NCBI RefSeq assembly: GCF_004010195.1
Contig: NC_057718.1
Location: forward strand, 78,232,935 to 78,296,934
Length of the DNA stretch: 64,000 nt
Reading direction: 5' to 3'
Origin: Chiloscyllium plagiosum
Lineage: Eukaryota
Positions 10,591 through 23,998 of this stretch are shown here, in pieces. The position numbers and the translations under genes were made by a program. The notes under the pieces are model-generated. The model had not been told where the DNA came from. It ran no database searches and worked only from the letters and a program-made list of their open reading frames with translations. The number at the start of each line of letters is the position of its first letter. Within the stretch, counting starts at the first letter, position 1.

Positions 10591-10689
10591 TGAATTGGTT
10601 TAATAAAGAGGCCAGAATTAGTTGCAGTCAGAGGGTTGTAAGTTGGGAAGAAATTGTGAAAAGTATTCACAAATTAGGATGAAAATTTC

Positions 10690-12265
10690 TCAACAAAAAC
10701 CAAAAGAACTGGATGCTGTAAATCAGAGCTAAAAATATAAACTGCTGGAAATGCTCAGCAGGTCTGACAGCATCTGTGGAGAGAATCAGTTAACATTTCT
10801 GGTCAAGTGTCTCTTTCAGAACCGATGGTAGCTAGGATGGTTCGTTTATAAGCTAGGATCAAGGAGGAAATAAGGAGTCCACTATAGATGGGGATGGAGC
10901 CCAAAAAAGAGCAGTTGGACAGATAGAGGAGTAGATAATCTGGCAAGGAGGGTGAATCTCTGTTAATAGGGACTATGGCTAACAGTGGGTAGTGTGTAAT
11001 AGCAAACTGTGATAAGGCTTACCTGTGGGGAGCGGAGGGTAAGGACATGGGACAACTCAGGCCCCAAAAGTTAATGAACTTCATATTGAGTCTGGAAGGC
11101 TGCAGGGTCTCCAGGCAGAAAATGAGGTGCTGCTCTTCCAGCATATGAGCTTCGCTGGAGCAATGCAACAAGCCTGAGACCGATGTTGGCCAGAGTACAT
11201 GGTTTGTTAAAGTGGCAGGCAACAGGCAGCTCAGGATCATTTTGTTTTTTGAGCGGCGCACACTTGCACTTTATGCCAGTTTCAGAATTTCCAGTTTGCG
11301 GGCTGCAGCTGTTTTCTTTTTTAAACTACGGACATGCAATCCCTTTACATGTCCTTCACCCACAAGGATGGTCTCAGGACTCTCTGCTTCCTGAACTGTC
11401 TCCATCCACCACCAGTCTCCTCCATCTGCATGAGCTTATCCTCCCCTTGAGCAACTTTTAACTCATTTTCCTTCAGGTCAGAGGAGTGACCATGGGTATG
11501 CAGGTGAACATGTCTTTGGGGTACGTGGAACATTCCTTAGTACAGTCTAATTTCAGCCCACATCCACAACTCTTTCTCCGGTATATCGATAATACCATCG
11601 GTGTTGTCTCCCTCTCATCCAGAATTGGAAAAGTTTTATCGATTTTTGCTTCCAATTTTCACCATACTCTTATCTTCACCTGATCTATCTCTGACTCCGC
11701 CCTTCGCTTGACATCTGTTTCCAATTCGGGGGATAGACTGGCTACCAATATATGCTATAAACCCACAGACTCCTACAGTTAGCTGAACTGTACATTTTCT
11801 CACCCTGCTTCCAGTAAAAACTCTTTCATTTCCCCAGTTCTTCCGTCACCATAGCATTTGTTCCGATGACAATTTTGACAGGAAGCCTCCAAAATGTCAA
11901 CCTTCCTCAGCGAGGGATCCCCAGCATCTTTGTCGACAAGGCTCTCGACTGGGTCCGACCTATTTGCACTTCCACCTGCACCCTCTCCCTTCCTTCCCGC
12001 AACAGTGATAGGGGCTCCGTTGTCCTTGCCTACCATCCCACCAGCATCCTCATCCGGAGAATATTAACCACCTCCAACAAGATGCCACCACCATAGGCCA
12101 CATTTCACTCCCCTTCCTTGTCAGTTTTCCACAGGGACCATTCCCTCTGACGCAGCCTGCTCCATTCTGTCACTCCCAACAATAACAATAATCTCCACAC
12201 CCCCATAGATTCACGGCACCTATCGCTACTGCAGAAGGTGCAACACCTGTCCACTTCCTTCCTTC
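10690..12265. mobile_element. Penelope-like remnant: inverted 3' part (~10690-11260, -) joined to an RT part (~11340-12265, +)
   Basis: EEQHLIFCLETLQPSRLN on the - strand; GYVEHSL...PQLFLRYIDNTIG (YIDD-like motif) on the + strand. Confidence 0.75.
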
Positions 12266-12289
12266 ACCCACCCCCCCCCCCCCCCCCTG

Positions 12290-13680
12290 CAGGATCTGTG
12301 TTAGGTCCATTGCTTTTTATCATTTATATAAAATGATTTGGATGTGAATGTGGAAGGTATGGTTAGTAAGTTTCCAGATGACGACAAAATTGGTGTTGTG
12401 CACTGAAGCAGGTTATCTCTAATTACATCAGGACCTTGATCAGATGGGTCAATGGACTGAGGAGTGTCAGATTAGATTACTTAGTGTGGAAACAGACCCT
12501 TTGGCCCAACAAGTCCACACCGACCCGCTGAAGCACAACCCACCCAGACCCATTCCCCTAAATTCACCCATGCCCTTAACACTATGGGCAATTTAGCATG
12601 GCCAATTCACCTAACGTGCACATTTTTGGACTGTAGGAGGAAACCGGAGCACCCGGAGGAAACCCACGCAAACATGGGGCAAATGTGCAAACTCCACACA
12701 GTCAGTCGCCTGAGGTGGGAATTGAACCCAGGTCTCTGGCGCTGTGAGGCAGTAGTGCTAACCTCTGTGCCACCGTACTGCCCCTATGGGCCAATGGACT
12801 GAGTGGCAGATGGATTTTAATCTAGGTAAATCTGAGGTACATCTTTTTAATAGTAAGGTCCTGAGGAGTATTGTTGAACAAAGAGACCTTTGAGTGCTGT
12901 TACATAGTTCCTTGAAAGTGAAGTCACTGGTAGACAGGGTAGTGAAGGTGGCAGTTGATATGCTTGTCTTTATTGGTCAGAGTGTAGGAGTTGGGAGGTC
13001 ATGTTGCTGCTGTAGATGACATTGATTAAGCCACTTTTGGAATACTATGTTCAACTCTGATCTCTCAGTTGCAAGAAGGATATTAAACTTGAAAGGGTTC
13101 AGAAAAGATTTACAAGCATGTTGCTGGGGTTGGAAGGTTTGAGCTATTGGGAGAGACTGAAATAGGTGAGGGCTGTTTTCCCTGGAGTGTTGGAGGCTGA
13201 GGCATGACTTTGTCGAAGTTTATAAAATCATGAGGGGCATTGATAGGGTAAATTGATAAGCTCTTTTTCTTGGGGTGCGGGAGTCCTGAACTACAGGGCA
13301 TAGGTTAAAGTGAGACGGGAAAGATTTGAGATCTAAGGGGAAGATGGTGCTTGTATGGAATGGTCTGCCAGAGAAAGTGAGGACTGCAGATGCTGGGTGT
13401 CAATGTCAAAAAGTATGGTGCTGGGGAGGCACAGCAGGTCAGGCAGCATTGAGGAACAGGAGAATTGATTTTCTGGCATAAGCCCTTCAGGGAGTTGTGG
13501 AACCAGGTACAATTATAATATTTAAAGGTATCTGGCGGGTATGTGAAAACAAAGGGTTTAAAGGGATATGGGTCAAATTCTGGCAATTGGGACTAGATTA
13601 ATTTAGGATATCTGGTTGGCATAGATGAGTTGGTCCATCCAAAGGGTTTGTTTCCATGCTGTACATGGCTATGATTCTGA
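12290..13680 (+). mobile_element. CR1 RT and 3' end fragment hosting a SINE (12472-12784) and a Penelope end (13372-13490, -)
   Basis: SKF.DD.KIG region, DLDQMGQW, CR1 3' UTR. Confidence 0.85.
12472..12784 (-). mobile_element. HE1/V-SINE with a long imperfect flanking duplication
   Basis: SINE consensus as above; atgggtcaatggactgaggagtgtcagat (12444) recurs as atgggccaatggactgagtggcagat (12786). Confidence 0.88.
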
Positions 13681-16555
13681 GACCAGTCAAGATAGTATGG
13701 AGAGTAGAGTCCAGAAGTAATAAACATGGTTGAGGGTTTCAGCAAGTAGATCATGCAAATTTTGTGCTTCACTCAATCTTTCACCCATTCTTCACCCTTT
13801 AACTCTGTCTGTGCCTGTCTCCCTCATAGGCAATGTGTTCATTCTGAATTTCCTATTTGATTTACTGATTATCTTGTATGAATGACCAGCAATGTTTGTT
13901 TCCCACAAGTGGAAGTACTTTGTGTCTATTCTCTGAAAGCTCTTCATGATTTTAAAGGTTACCCCTCATCCTTCTCTTGAGATAAACCTGTTCAAATTTG
14001 TGTTTCAAAAACTTTTTAAAAGGTTCCCTGCATGTTGCATCCCTGAGCTTCATGTTGGAGCTCCTGAATAATGTGGAATGCATTTCTAAAACAAGAAATT
14101 TCAGTTTGGACGAGAGGAAAGCCACTTGCACTTAATCCTCTTGCTAACTGTAGAAAATGCTCATCCTGAGTTGGCAGTTCAACTTTCATGTAAAACTGGT
14201 TATTGCAGTAAATTGTCAATTTCATTTAGTTCATGAACAGTGTCTGAATCCTGAGACACTCAAAAGACCATTTGTGGAAGGGAGGATTCTGAGAGTTCAT
14301 AAAGTTCACATTGGTGAGCTGACTGACAATTTGAACAAAATTTATCTGCTACTGGAGCTTGCAATCAAGTCGTCTTAGTTTTCAGAACTGGAAGGTGTTT
14401 GGTCATCAAATTGGGAATGTTAGAATAGTCATAAAAACATTTGACTACTATATGGATTGGTTCAGAATTTGAGGACAGCATTGAGGACGAGCACTTCCTA
14501 TTCAATATGCTAACAACTGTCTTCTCATTTTGTGAGCCTGTTTGCAGCAACTAGTTGCATATGATTCACTTTCACTCTCTTCAGGGTCTGCATCATATAA
14601 GCAGGGTAAGCAACTGCAGAGCTGTTCACCCATCAGCTGTCCAATCCTCACTAAGTTGTATATCTGTAAATCATGGAGTACAAGTTTTTGATTTAAATTG
14701 TGTGCAGTGTGATATAGAAGGTGGGTCAAAGAATGTAGCTGTGGAAGAGTTTTTTAAAAAAAAACCTTGTGCAGTAATTCAATTCTATTCTTGTAAAATC
14801 ATTTTTAGGGTCAGAGGTCACTTGGCAATTTACTTTTTCAAAATAAACCTGTTTTGGCACATTCTGATGCATCAATGGCATGAAATCCTGAAAGAGGACT
14901 TGAAGTCAGACTTTTTTACCAAGTGGTGGCCACTACACTCCAAGACTCTTTGGCAATTAAGATTTTTTAAAAAACTTGCACTTAGAGTCCGAGAGATGTG
15001 CAGCATGGAAACAGACCCTTTGGTCCAACCCGTCCATGCCGACCAGATATCCCAAAGTTAACTATTGGGTAAACACACAACTTTGTACCCTTTTATTTAA
15101 TATCTGTGCCAAGTCCATTTTTGTGGAGGTAATGTGACGTAGCAATCTCAGAATTTCCAGTCTTAACTTTTGAACAATGCAATGAATGCAAAGTAATCTG
15201 ACTTATTCCTTAATGGTGAATTCATCACCAGAGTTCTCAATGCAAAATTCAAGCCAAGGAATAATTGTTTATGATTCTTTGCTCAAATATGATGCCATAA
15301 TGCTGTTGCTTAGATCACAACTTTGCCTCAGGACATTTTTCCGCTTATTGGCTTTTACAGAAATGAAATATGCAACTTGTTTTCAGTATGCATAGTTGCT
15401 GTAACTTTAAACTTGTTAGTAAATGTACATTTTTGCATTGTATGGTTGAGTATAACTAAGTAGAGGTTTTTACGTGGTTAAGTACTGTGCTTTCATGCCA
15501 TACTAGGGACTTGGGTACAGGGTTAGATTACTATAGTATTGAAAGGATATTGCATTGTTAGATGAGCTGTTAGGTGGAGGCCTTCAGTGCCTGTTCTGGT
15601 TCAGGCAGATGTTGTAATATCATAAATACAACTTGGAGAGCAGAAAGGTGTTGTGCCTTGGCCAATGACTTCAAAAATAGATCAACTTCTTTACCTCTAG
15701 TTGCTTGCAGAAGGCTTTCCGTTGGTTATCAGTGTAAGTTAGTGTACGAAGCAATTTGGGAATTCTATTGTTTTTAGCAAACAAGACTATATTGCTATAA
15801 TCTTTTTAACAAGGTATGTTATTCTGAGAATTGATGCTAGTTTTTAAAACTAGTTGGAATTTGCTAGTATGCAGTGAAGTTTTCTGTTGAATTGCACTTT
15901 TTTAATTTAGTAAATCTTCAGTGTTGCAATGGGCGATTGATATGAGCGCTGTAAAACTTTTCAGTCCTTGTGATTTGTGTACTGAGTTGCTGACTGGAAA
16001 CAACACAGGAATGGGTAAGACTCTTGCAGTGCAGCATCAGTGTAGACAAATAGTGTTCTTTATTCATGATGTTGAACAGGCGGGACCTTTTTTACTGGTT
16101 GATTGCACCCAGTCTTTTGACCAGTGGTTGATGTATAGCACTGAGGTTGAAAGGTGCCATGCCTAAAATGTTGATTTTTCCTGCTCCTTGGATGCTGCCT
16201 GACCTGCAGCGCCGCAGTGTTCAGAGTACAGCTGTACCTTCACTTCTGTTGAAGTATCAATTTCTGTCATAACTTCAGAGTTGGGTTGTGATCAGCTTTT
16301 AAGGGAGGTGATGAAGCTGTTTGTAGCATTACCCTTTGTACAATAAGGGTTTAACTTTGCTATGGTTCTGAACATTATTAAAAGCAAATGCCATTATCCA
16401 GAGACATTTCTGCCTTGAAAGAAGTCATGTAATTCACCTTTTTAATGTCTGACTGAAATATGAAGAACATCATGGTGAAATCTTGGTGTTTCATTCTTCA
16501 AAAGAGTGTCAAGATGCTAGAAGGATAAATTTAAAGACAAACCGTATGTAAGGGA

Positions 16556-16785
16556 ACTGAAAACATGAAATGTTGGAAATCGCAGCAGGTCAGGCAGCAT
16601 TTGTAGAGAGCAAGCCAGTGTTTCCAGTCTAGATGAAACTTTCTCAGAGCTTCATTCGGCTGTGAAGAGTCATCTAGAACTTCATGTTAGCTTGCTCTGT
16701 TCACGGATGCTGTCTCACCTGTGATTTCCAGCATTTATTGTTTCCAGTACAGATTCCAGTATCTGCAGTAATTTATTCCTTCCTA
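16556..16785. mobile_element. Old Penelope-derived inverted insertion (different subfamily)
   Basis: tgttggaaatc..caggtcaggcagcat...tctagatga / tcatctaga...atgctgtctcacctgtgatttccagca inverted arms. Confidence 0.6.
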
Positions 16786-18509
16786 GTATATAAGAGAAGT
16801 TTTGTACACTTTGAAATTAAATTGAGATGGGGCTAGCCCATCTTTATTGCGCAAGGTAATTTAGTTGCTGGCACGATGTAAATCTTGATTTTATTAATCT
16901 TGTGATTAGTGCGCAAGTGTGATAAAACATTAACAATAACTTTCAAGCTTGCTTGCTTTAGGCGATAAAGATTTCAATTTTTCTCCTCGCTTGGATTTTG
17001 TTTCTTCAGATTCTGAGCCTAATTTGAACTTTTGGTCATTCTACATCAGTCTAATGTAATTCATATCCGCTCATTGAAGAAAACAGTTTCTTAATTGTAA
17101 TCAATTTTTTTATTTAGCTGTCCTCTGGATACTGTGAAGCATGTTTTTCCTGACAATTTCGCTCCTCTGACTTAAATTGTTATCTATGCCTAAGCAGTGA
17201 GTCATCCTCCACAATGGAGAGAGAAAACACACTGGGTGATCACTTCATGGGACGCATCTGCTGTGTCTGTAAAAATGACATGTAGTGCCCTGTTGCTTGT
17301 CACTTGGCATCACTGGCTCTTACGCTTTGTCTTTTAGTCTGGGCACCGTCTCCATCTATTAGATGGCCCATCCACAGACCCTCACCCACCACGTTCGTAT
17401 AGTATGAACGCCAACCCTTCCCAGCTGTTTTCAGTTATGACGTCACTGGAATCAATGTTAACTTTATGGCTGCACAGATGCGGCCATTTCTCTTACACTT
17501 TGCTTTCATAAATGCTAGGGTGAAAAGAGATGTGAAATTACAGGACTTCAGCTATTTACTTGGCTTCACTTAAAAATCATCTGTCTGGGTGTTAGAGGAA
17601 TGTTTTGTTTGGTTTTCAGTTGATGGGAAGGAACAGGAGGAGAGAGCCTGAGGAATGGCTGTCCCGCCTGCCACTGCTCATTCTGAAACACCTTGAGTCC
17701 AAAGTGAAACCTGATTTCCAGATGCTTTCGATGAGGACAAAATTCTCAATGCTATTTTGAGTAAGCTGCGTATGTCGAATGACATGTCTATATGCCAAAT
17801 CGCCAATCATCTGAACTTTCCACAGCTTGTCTTTTTTTTTCCTTCAAAAGCTAATCATTATTAACTAAATGTTTTATTCAGAGCAAATCTCTGCAGAAAG
17901 AATATTGCTTTCCATTATCATGTGTTGGTTTGTTTTCTTGTAAATATTTATTTCATTATTCAGTTTTGCATCTTTGAATAAGTTTTATTACATAGTTAAT
18001 CTAGATAATGGACCTATTTATTCTAAATGTAATGTAGAGAAAGTATGTGATGTCATATTGAGAACTGGGTAAAACAATTTACGTTTGTGATCTGTACAGT
18101 GTGACAAGAGTGAGTGCACTCCGTGACCTTGTTTATGGAATGGGAACTTGTCACTTGGGAGGAGGAGGCAATTACTGGAATAAAGTGAACCCGAGCTTTT
18201 CCAATTCCTTCCCCAGGATTGTCAAATTCAATCTGATGGTAATTGGAATAATGAAGCTGACTCAGCATTCGCAAGGCTTGGGGGGTGGGTGGATGTGTGT
18301 AACTCTTCTCATATGGCTCAGTAACATTTATCTACTCTGCCATTTGTAAACTTATTTTTACAGGTGTCTCTTTAGGAATGATTTCTGCAATTACAACTTG
18401 GTTAGCGTTTAGAAGCATCAGTGCCATTTACAGGGAGGAAATAAAATACTGTCGAATACATTTTAATTGTGATTCTAAACTTGGCGCATCACCCAGTCAG
18501 TAATTTGAA

Positions 18510-19340
18510 GGGGTAGCATGGTGTCTCATTGCCTAGCACTGTCCCTCAATGCCAGGAACCTGGTTTTGATTCCAGCCTCTGGCCACTGTGTGGAGTTTGC
18601 ACATTATCTCAGTGTCTCTGTGAGTTTCCTCTGGGAGCTGCAGTTTCCTCCAACAGTTCAACGATGTGCAGGTTATCGAGTCAAGCTATACTGTATGGAA
18701 GCAGACTATTTGGTCCAACTCGTCCATGGTGACCACACATCCTGAATTAATCTAGTCCCATTTGTCATTATTTAGCACATATCCTTCCAAATCCTTACTA
18801 TTCATGCACCTATCCAGATGTCTTTTAAATCTTGTAGTTGTACCAGCCTCTTCCACTTCATCTGGCAGCTCAGTTCATACATGCACCAACTTCGGGTTGC
18901 CACTCAGGTCTCCTTTTTTTTAAAAAAAATCTTTTTTCCCCCTCACCATAACCTATGCCCTCTAGTTTTGGACTCCACTATCCTGGGGAAGACCTTCGCT
19001 ATTTAACCTATCTATGCCACTCATAGTCAGACTCCATTGCTCTATGGAGAACAGACTCACCATTTAACTCATCCTCCAATTCTGGCAGCATTGTAAGTCT
19101 TTTGAGCACTTTCAAGTTTCACAACTTCCTTTCTGTAGTAGGGAGAGTAGAACTGAATGCAGGAAGATGGATTGGTCCATGGTAAATTACCTATAGTGTC
19201 CAAGGATGTACAGGCTAGGTGCATTCGCCATGGGAAATGTGGAGTTGGAGAATTGGCTTGGGTGGGATACTGAGGCTTTGTGGACTGGATGGGTCAAATG
19301 TGGTGTTTCCGCACTGTAGGGGTTCTAAGATTATAATTCT
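18510..19340. mobile_element. Old SINE (+; ~18510-18672 and ~19170-19340) split by a CR1 3' fragment (-; ~18680-19160)
   Basis: SINE head and core, then antisense CR1 UTR, then SINE tail. Confidence 0.7.
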
Positions 19341-20159
19341 ATGAAAAATAGTCCAATATCTGCAATGTAGATTACTGTGGACTCTCCACTCAACGCTTGT
19401 TATATAATTACATCATATAAGTTTGAGAGGAGCTAAGAAAATTGCTTAATAAATGGTATGTCAGATAGGAAATAAGGTACAATAAGTAGGCAATGAATAA
19501 TGGAATGTTTATCTGAATACTATGACAAGCACCATCAAAATTGTTTCCAATCTCAAATCTATCTCTTCAGGGAAATACTAAATCACTTGTTGCCCTGGGA
19601 AAGTGTTGAACTTGTCAGATGCTGTGAAGTTGTAATTACATGAGTGACAGCATGCTTAAGAATCTGAAGTTGTAATTCTGTCCAATTTTTTGCATATATT
19701 GGTTATATTGATGTAATTGAAGACAATTCAAGGAAAAAATGCAGCAAATGTAGCTCTTATTCCTGGAGCAAAGCCATTAAGGTGAATTCAAGTAATCTGG
19801 TAGATACTAAAAGAATCACATTTGGGCAACGTATGATCACTTCTCTAAGACTTGAGGTTGAATTTCATAATTGTTTTATGTTGGATATTAGTTTTAAACA
19901 CTGATGTATAGTACATGTGTACTATACAGGAAATCCTTTTGAGGTACCTGCAATAGTTGCAGGGATTTGTTTCTTTATATTTGGTCCTGTGCGTTGATAA
20001 ACCATTTATTTAAACTTTGCAGCATAGCAATTAATAATTTAAAGTCACCACCTCTTTTAATAGGATTGTAATAGTGCATTTTGGGGCTTGAGGTACTTCC
20101 TCACTTCTGTTCAACATGATTTGATACATTCCTATGCCACTCCTTCGTAGCTTTTGTGA

Positions 20160-20570
20160 GACTGCTTTTGGCCTATTTCCCTCTAAACCTTTCCTATTAA
20201 TGTACGTCCAGATGCCTTTTAAATGTTGTAATTGTACCATCCTCCTCCTCTTCCTCTGGCAGCTCAATACATACACGTACCACCCTCTGCATGAAAAAGT
20301 TGCGCCTTAGGTCCCTTTTTTTAAAAATTTTCCTCCTCTCCCTAAACCTATGCTCAGTAGTTCTGGAAATCCCTCCCCCACCCAACCCCAGGGAAAATCT
20401 CTGTACCCTGCCCATGCCCCTCATGATCTTATAAACTTCTGCAAGATCACCCCTTAGCCTCCAATGCTCCAGGGGAAATAGCCTCAGCCTAATCAGTCTC
20501 TCCAACCCTGGCAACATCCTTGTAAATGTTTTCTGAACCCTTTCAGTATCTCAACATCCTTCCAATAGTG
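20160..20570 (-). mobile_element. CR1 3' fragment
   Basis: ORF 20197..20517 MLPGLE...RLRGDLAEVYKIMRGM. Confidence 0.85.
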
Positions 20571-20814
20571 GTTTGTGTCTAAAACTTTTGAATTATTTTC
20601 AATCATTTTGAATATTACTTAAACCTTTTGTAGAATCATTGCACAATAGAGCAACCTGAACCAATCGTTTAAGTCTACACCTTGGCAGCCCCAGTTTTGA
20701 AGTAGTATTCTAGAAATTCTAAGTTTTGAGGGAGGGTGGTAAATCCAATTTACTAATCATTAACTTTCCTCCCTCACTGTCCATTGCAACCCTTATTTCA
20801 ATTGATTTCTTTAA

Positions 20815-22138
20815 TATCATAGTCACAGGTGAGGTGCTGGAAGACTGGAGGTTGGCTAACGTGGTGCCACTGTTTAAGGACAAGACAGGGAACTATAGAC
20901 CAATGAGCCTGATGTTGGTGGTGGGCGATTTGTTGGAGGGAATCCTGAGAGACAAGATGTGCATGTATTTGGAAAGGCAAGGATTGATTAGGGATAGTCA
21001 ACGTGGCTTTGTGTAGGAAATCATGTCTCTCAAGCTTGTTTGAGGTTTTTGAAGTAACAAAGAGGATTGAGGGCAGAGCAGTAGATGTGATCATTCGACA
21101 AGGTTCCCCATGCGAGACAGGTGAGCAAGGTTAGATCCCATGGAATACAGGGAGAAGTAGCCATTTGGATACAAAACTGGCTCAAAGGTAGAAGGCAGAG
21201 GGTGGTGGAGGGTTGTTTTTCAGACTGGAGGCCTGTGACCAATGGAGCGCCACAAGGATCTGTGCTGGGTCCACTACTTCACATTCAAAACATTTATGTA
21301 AATGTAAGCATAAGACTTAGAGTTAGTAAGTTTGCAGACGACCCCACAATTGGAGGTGTAGTGGACAGTGAAGAAGGTTACCTCCAATTACAACGGGATC
21401 TTGATCAGATGGGCCAATGGGCTGAGAAGTGGCAGATGGAGTTTCATTTAGATAAATGTGAGGTACTGCATTTTGGGAAAGTGAATCTTAGCAGGACTTA
21501 TACACTGAATGGGAAGGTCCTAGGGAGTGTTGCTGAACAAAGAGACCTTGGAGTGCAGGTTCATAGCTCCCTGAAAGTGGAGTCGCAGGTAGATAGAATA
21601 GTGAAGGCGGCATTTGGTATGCTTTCCTTTATTGGTCAGAATATTGAGTACAGGAGTTGGGAGGTTATGTTGGTGCTGTACAGGACATTGGTTAGGCCTC
21701 TGTTAGAATATTGCATGCAATTCTGGTTTCCTTCCTATCATAAGGATGTTGTGAAACTTGAAAGGGTTCAGAAAAGATTTACAAGGATGTTGCCAGGGTT
21801 GGAGAATTTGAGCTATAGGGAGAGGTTGAATAGGCTGGGGCTGTTTTCCCTGGATCGTCTGAGGCTGAGGGGGTGACCTTATAGAGGTTTACAAAATTGA
21901 GGGGCATGGATAAGGTAAATAGGCAAAATCTTTTCCCTGGAGCCAGGCAGTCCAGAACTAGCGGGCATAAGTTTAGGGTGAAGGGGGAAAAGTTATGAGA
22001 CCTAAGGGGCAACCTTTTCATGCAGAGGGTGGTACGTGTATGGAATGAGCTGCCAGAGGAAGTGTTGGAGGCGAGTACATTTGCAACATTTTAAAAGGCA
22101 TCTGGATGGGTATATGAATAGGAACAGTTTGGAGGGAA
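20815..22138 (+). mobile_element. CR1 RT-to-3' UTR fragment
   Basis: ORF 21121..21876 GAPQGSVLGPLL, SKFADD, WQMEF, RPLLEYC. Confidence 0.92.
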
Positions 22139-22680
22139 CTCTGTATGAAAAGATTGCCCCTTAGGTCCCTTTGAAATCTTTCCCTTCGAAATCTTTCCCT
22201 TCATCCTAAACCTATGCCCTCTAGTTCTGCACTCGGCCACCCTCGAGAAAAGACCTTGTCTATTGACCCTATCCATGCCCCTCATGATTTTATAAATCTC
22301 TTGGGTAACCCCTCAACCTCCGCTCCAGGGAAAACAGCCCCAGCCTATTCAGCGTCTCCCTATAGCTCTCATCTTCCAAACCTGGTAATGTCCTTGTAAT
22401 CTTTTGAGCCCTTTCAAGTTTGACAACACCTTTCAATAGGAAGGAGACCAGAATTGCACCCCATATTCTAAAAGTGGCTAACCAATGTCCTGTACAGTCG
22501 CAACATGACGTCCCAACTCCTATACTCAAGACTCTGACCAATAAAGGAAAGCATGCTAAATGCCTCCTTCATATTCTGTCTACCTGTACCTCTACTTTCA
22601 AAGAACCATCGATCTATACTCCAAGGTCTCTTTGTTCAGCAACACTCCCTATATAAGTCCTGCTAAGATTTGCTTTATCT
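22139..22680 (-). mobile_element. CR1 3' fragment abutting the preceding copy in inverted orientation
   Basis: ORF 22290..22541 VVKLERAQK..RTLPGLEDESYRETLNRLGLFSLE. Confidence 0.88.
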
Positions 22681-23489
22681 AGAATCAAGGCAAGCAAGTA
22701 ATTGTTTCAGGGAATCAGTTGGAAGATTGAATATGCTGTTTGCAAAAATGTTTATATAAAGGTCTAATTTAAGACCTGCTCATTAACCGGAACAAAGATT
22801 TACCTAACTTCAGATTAGATCATGAATATATTCATGTATTAAATGCTTTGCAATGCAAGAACAAAATTCAAATTAGTTTACCATGCTGTTGATTTTATGT
22901 CATTTGTATCCTGCGCACTTCAAAGGTTTGTTCTTAAGCAGACCCTTCCATTTTTAGTCCTATTTTTGTATTCTGGATGTACCAAAGTACTTCAAAGCAA
23001 ATGAATTGCTTATTGACGTGTAGCCACCCTTTTGTAGATAAGTGTAGCAGACAATATGCGAACACAAGTTTGCAAGTTGTTTTGATGGTTCAGGGAAGAA
23101 TATAATCGAGGATGGCAGGGGAGTTACTTATTCTTTGTTTAAAAAAGTTAAGAAATTTTTGTATCCATCAAGGTTTACTCTTCTAAAAGATGGTAGCTCT
23201 TAATGCAGCATTATCTCAATACTGTACTGAAGTAGTAGCACAAATTATACACTGCTGGAATGGAGCTCAAGCTCTAAGTGGGGCAGTCAGTCTAGCTGAC
23301 ACCAAAACCATGTGACTGATCTTGTTTTGTAGTAAGCACTTTGGTTTTAATAGTGGTTTTAATTTAAGAAAGAAAATAGTATGTCTGGTTCCAATTAACT
23401 TTTTAACTCTTAAATGCAAAAGAACCTGGAGTAAAGCAATTCTTTGAAATGCCTTTTCTTTGAGTAATTGATTTTTTAATTTTGTTCAG

Positions 23490-23620
23490 GTACACTTGGG
23501 AGGCGATGGATTCACACAAAGGAATATATTACAAAATAAATCTATGTGCCCCTTTAAATTGTGGGGGTTTGAGTGCTATCTGTGCTTACAGTACTTCACA
23601 AAAAGCCAATCATTCAGTCG
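23490..23620 (+). CDS. IGF2R: IGF2R exon 2 (G-YTWEAMDSHKGIYYKINLCAPLNCGGLSAICAYSTSQKANHSV-G)
   Basis: Acceptor ttttgttcag|; donor |gtaagt at 23621; resembles human YTWEAVDTKNNVLYKINIC...SAVC...HSVG. Confidence 0.96.
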
Positions 23621-23998
23621 GTAAGTCTGTTTGTTTTATACCTGTATTTTAATATATTGTCCTGTTTGTCTTATGAACACAATTCTGAATGTTAGTGTAC
23701 TGAACTATTTCAGTTTAATGGGATAGAATATAGAATTGCTTCAGAATGCCAATCAATTCTATTTGAACACTATCAAATTTTCTTAGGTTCAAATATACTG
23801 TTATTGAGGGTTACATCTACAGTTCAATCTGCATGTTTTGATGACTAAAGAGACTACTTTAGTTGTAATTCTATACCCTACAATTTGAATAAATAAGTGC
23901 AAATGTTTATTATGTAAATTGGCAAATGCTTTAATACTGACAAATCCAAAATATGGGATGTATAAAGAAAAACGAAGTCATATTAGGACTTCATGAAT

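Noticed and set aside
14555..15061. 168-aa ORF in intron 1
   Set aside because: Non-ATG start, no recognisable domain, runs into an antisense CR1 tail
21121..21876. Longest ORF (251 aa) as a host gene
   Set aside because: CR1 reverse-transcriptase fragment, truncated and frameshifted at both ends
22821..22836. 16-bp perfect palindrome CATGAATATATTCATG
   Set aside because: AT-rich, isolated and plausible by chance in 64 kb
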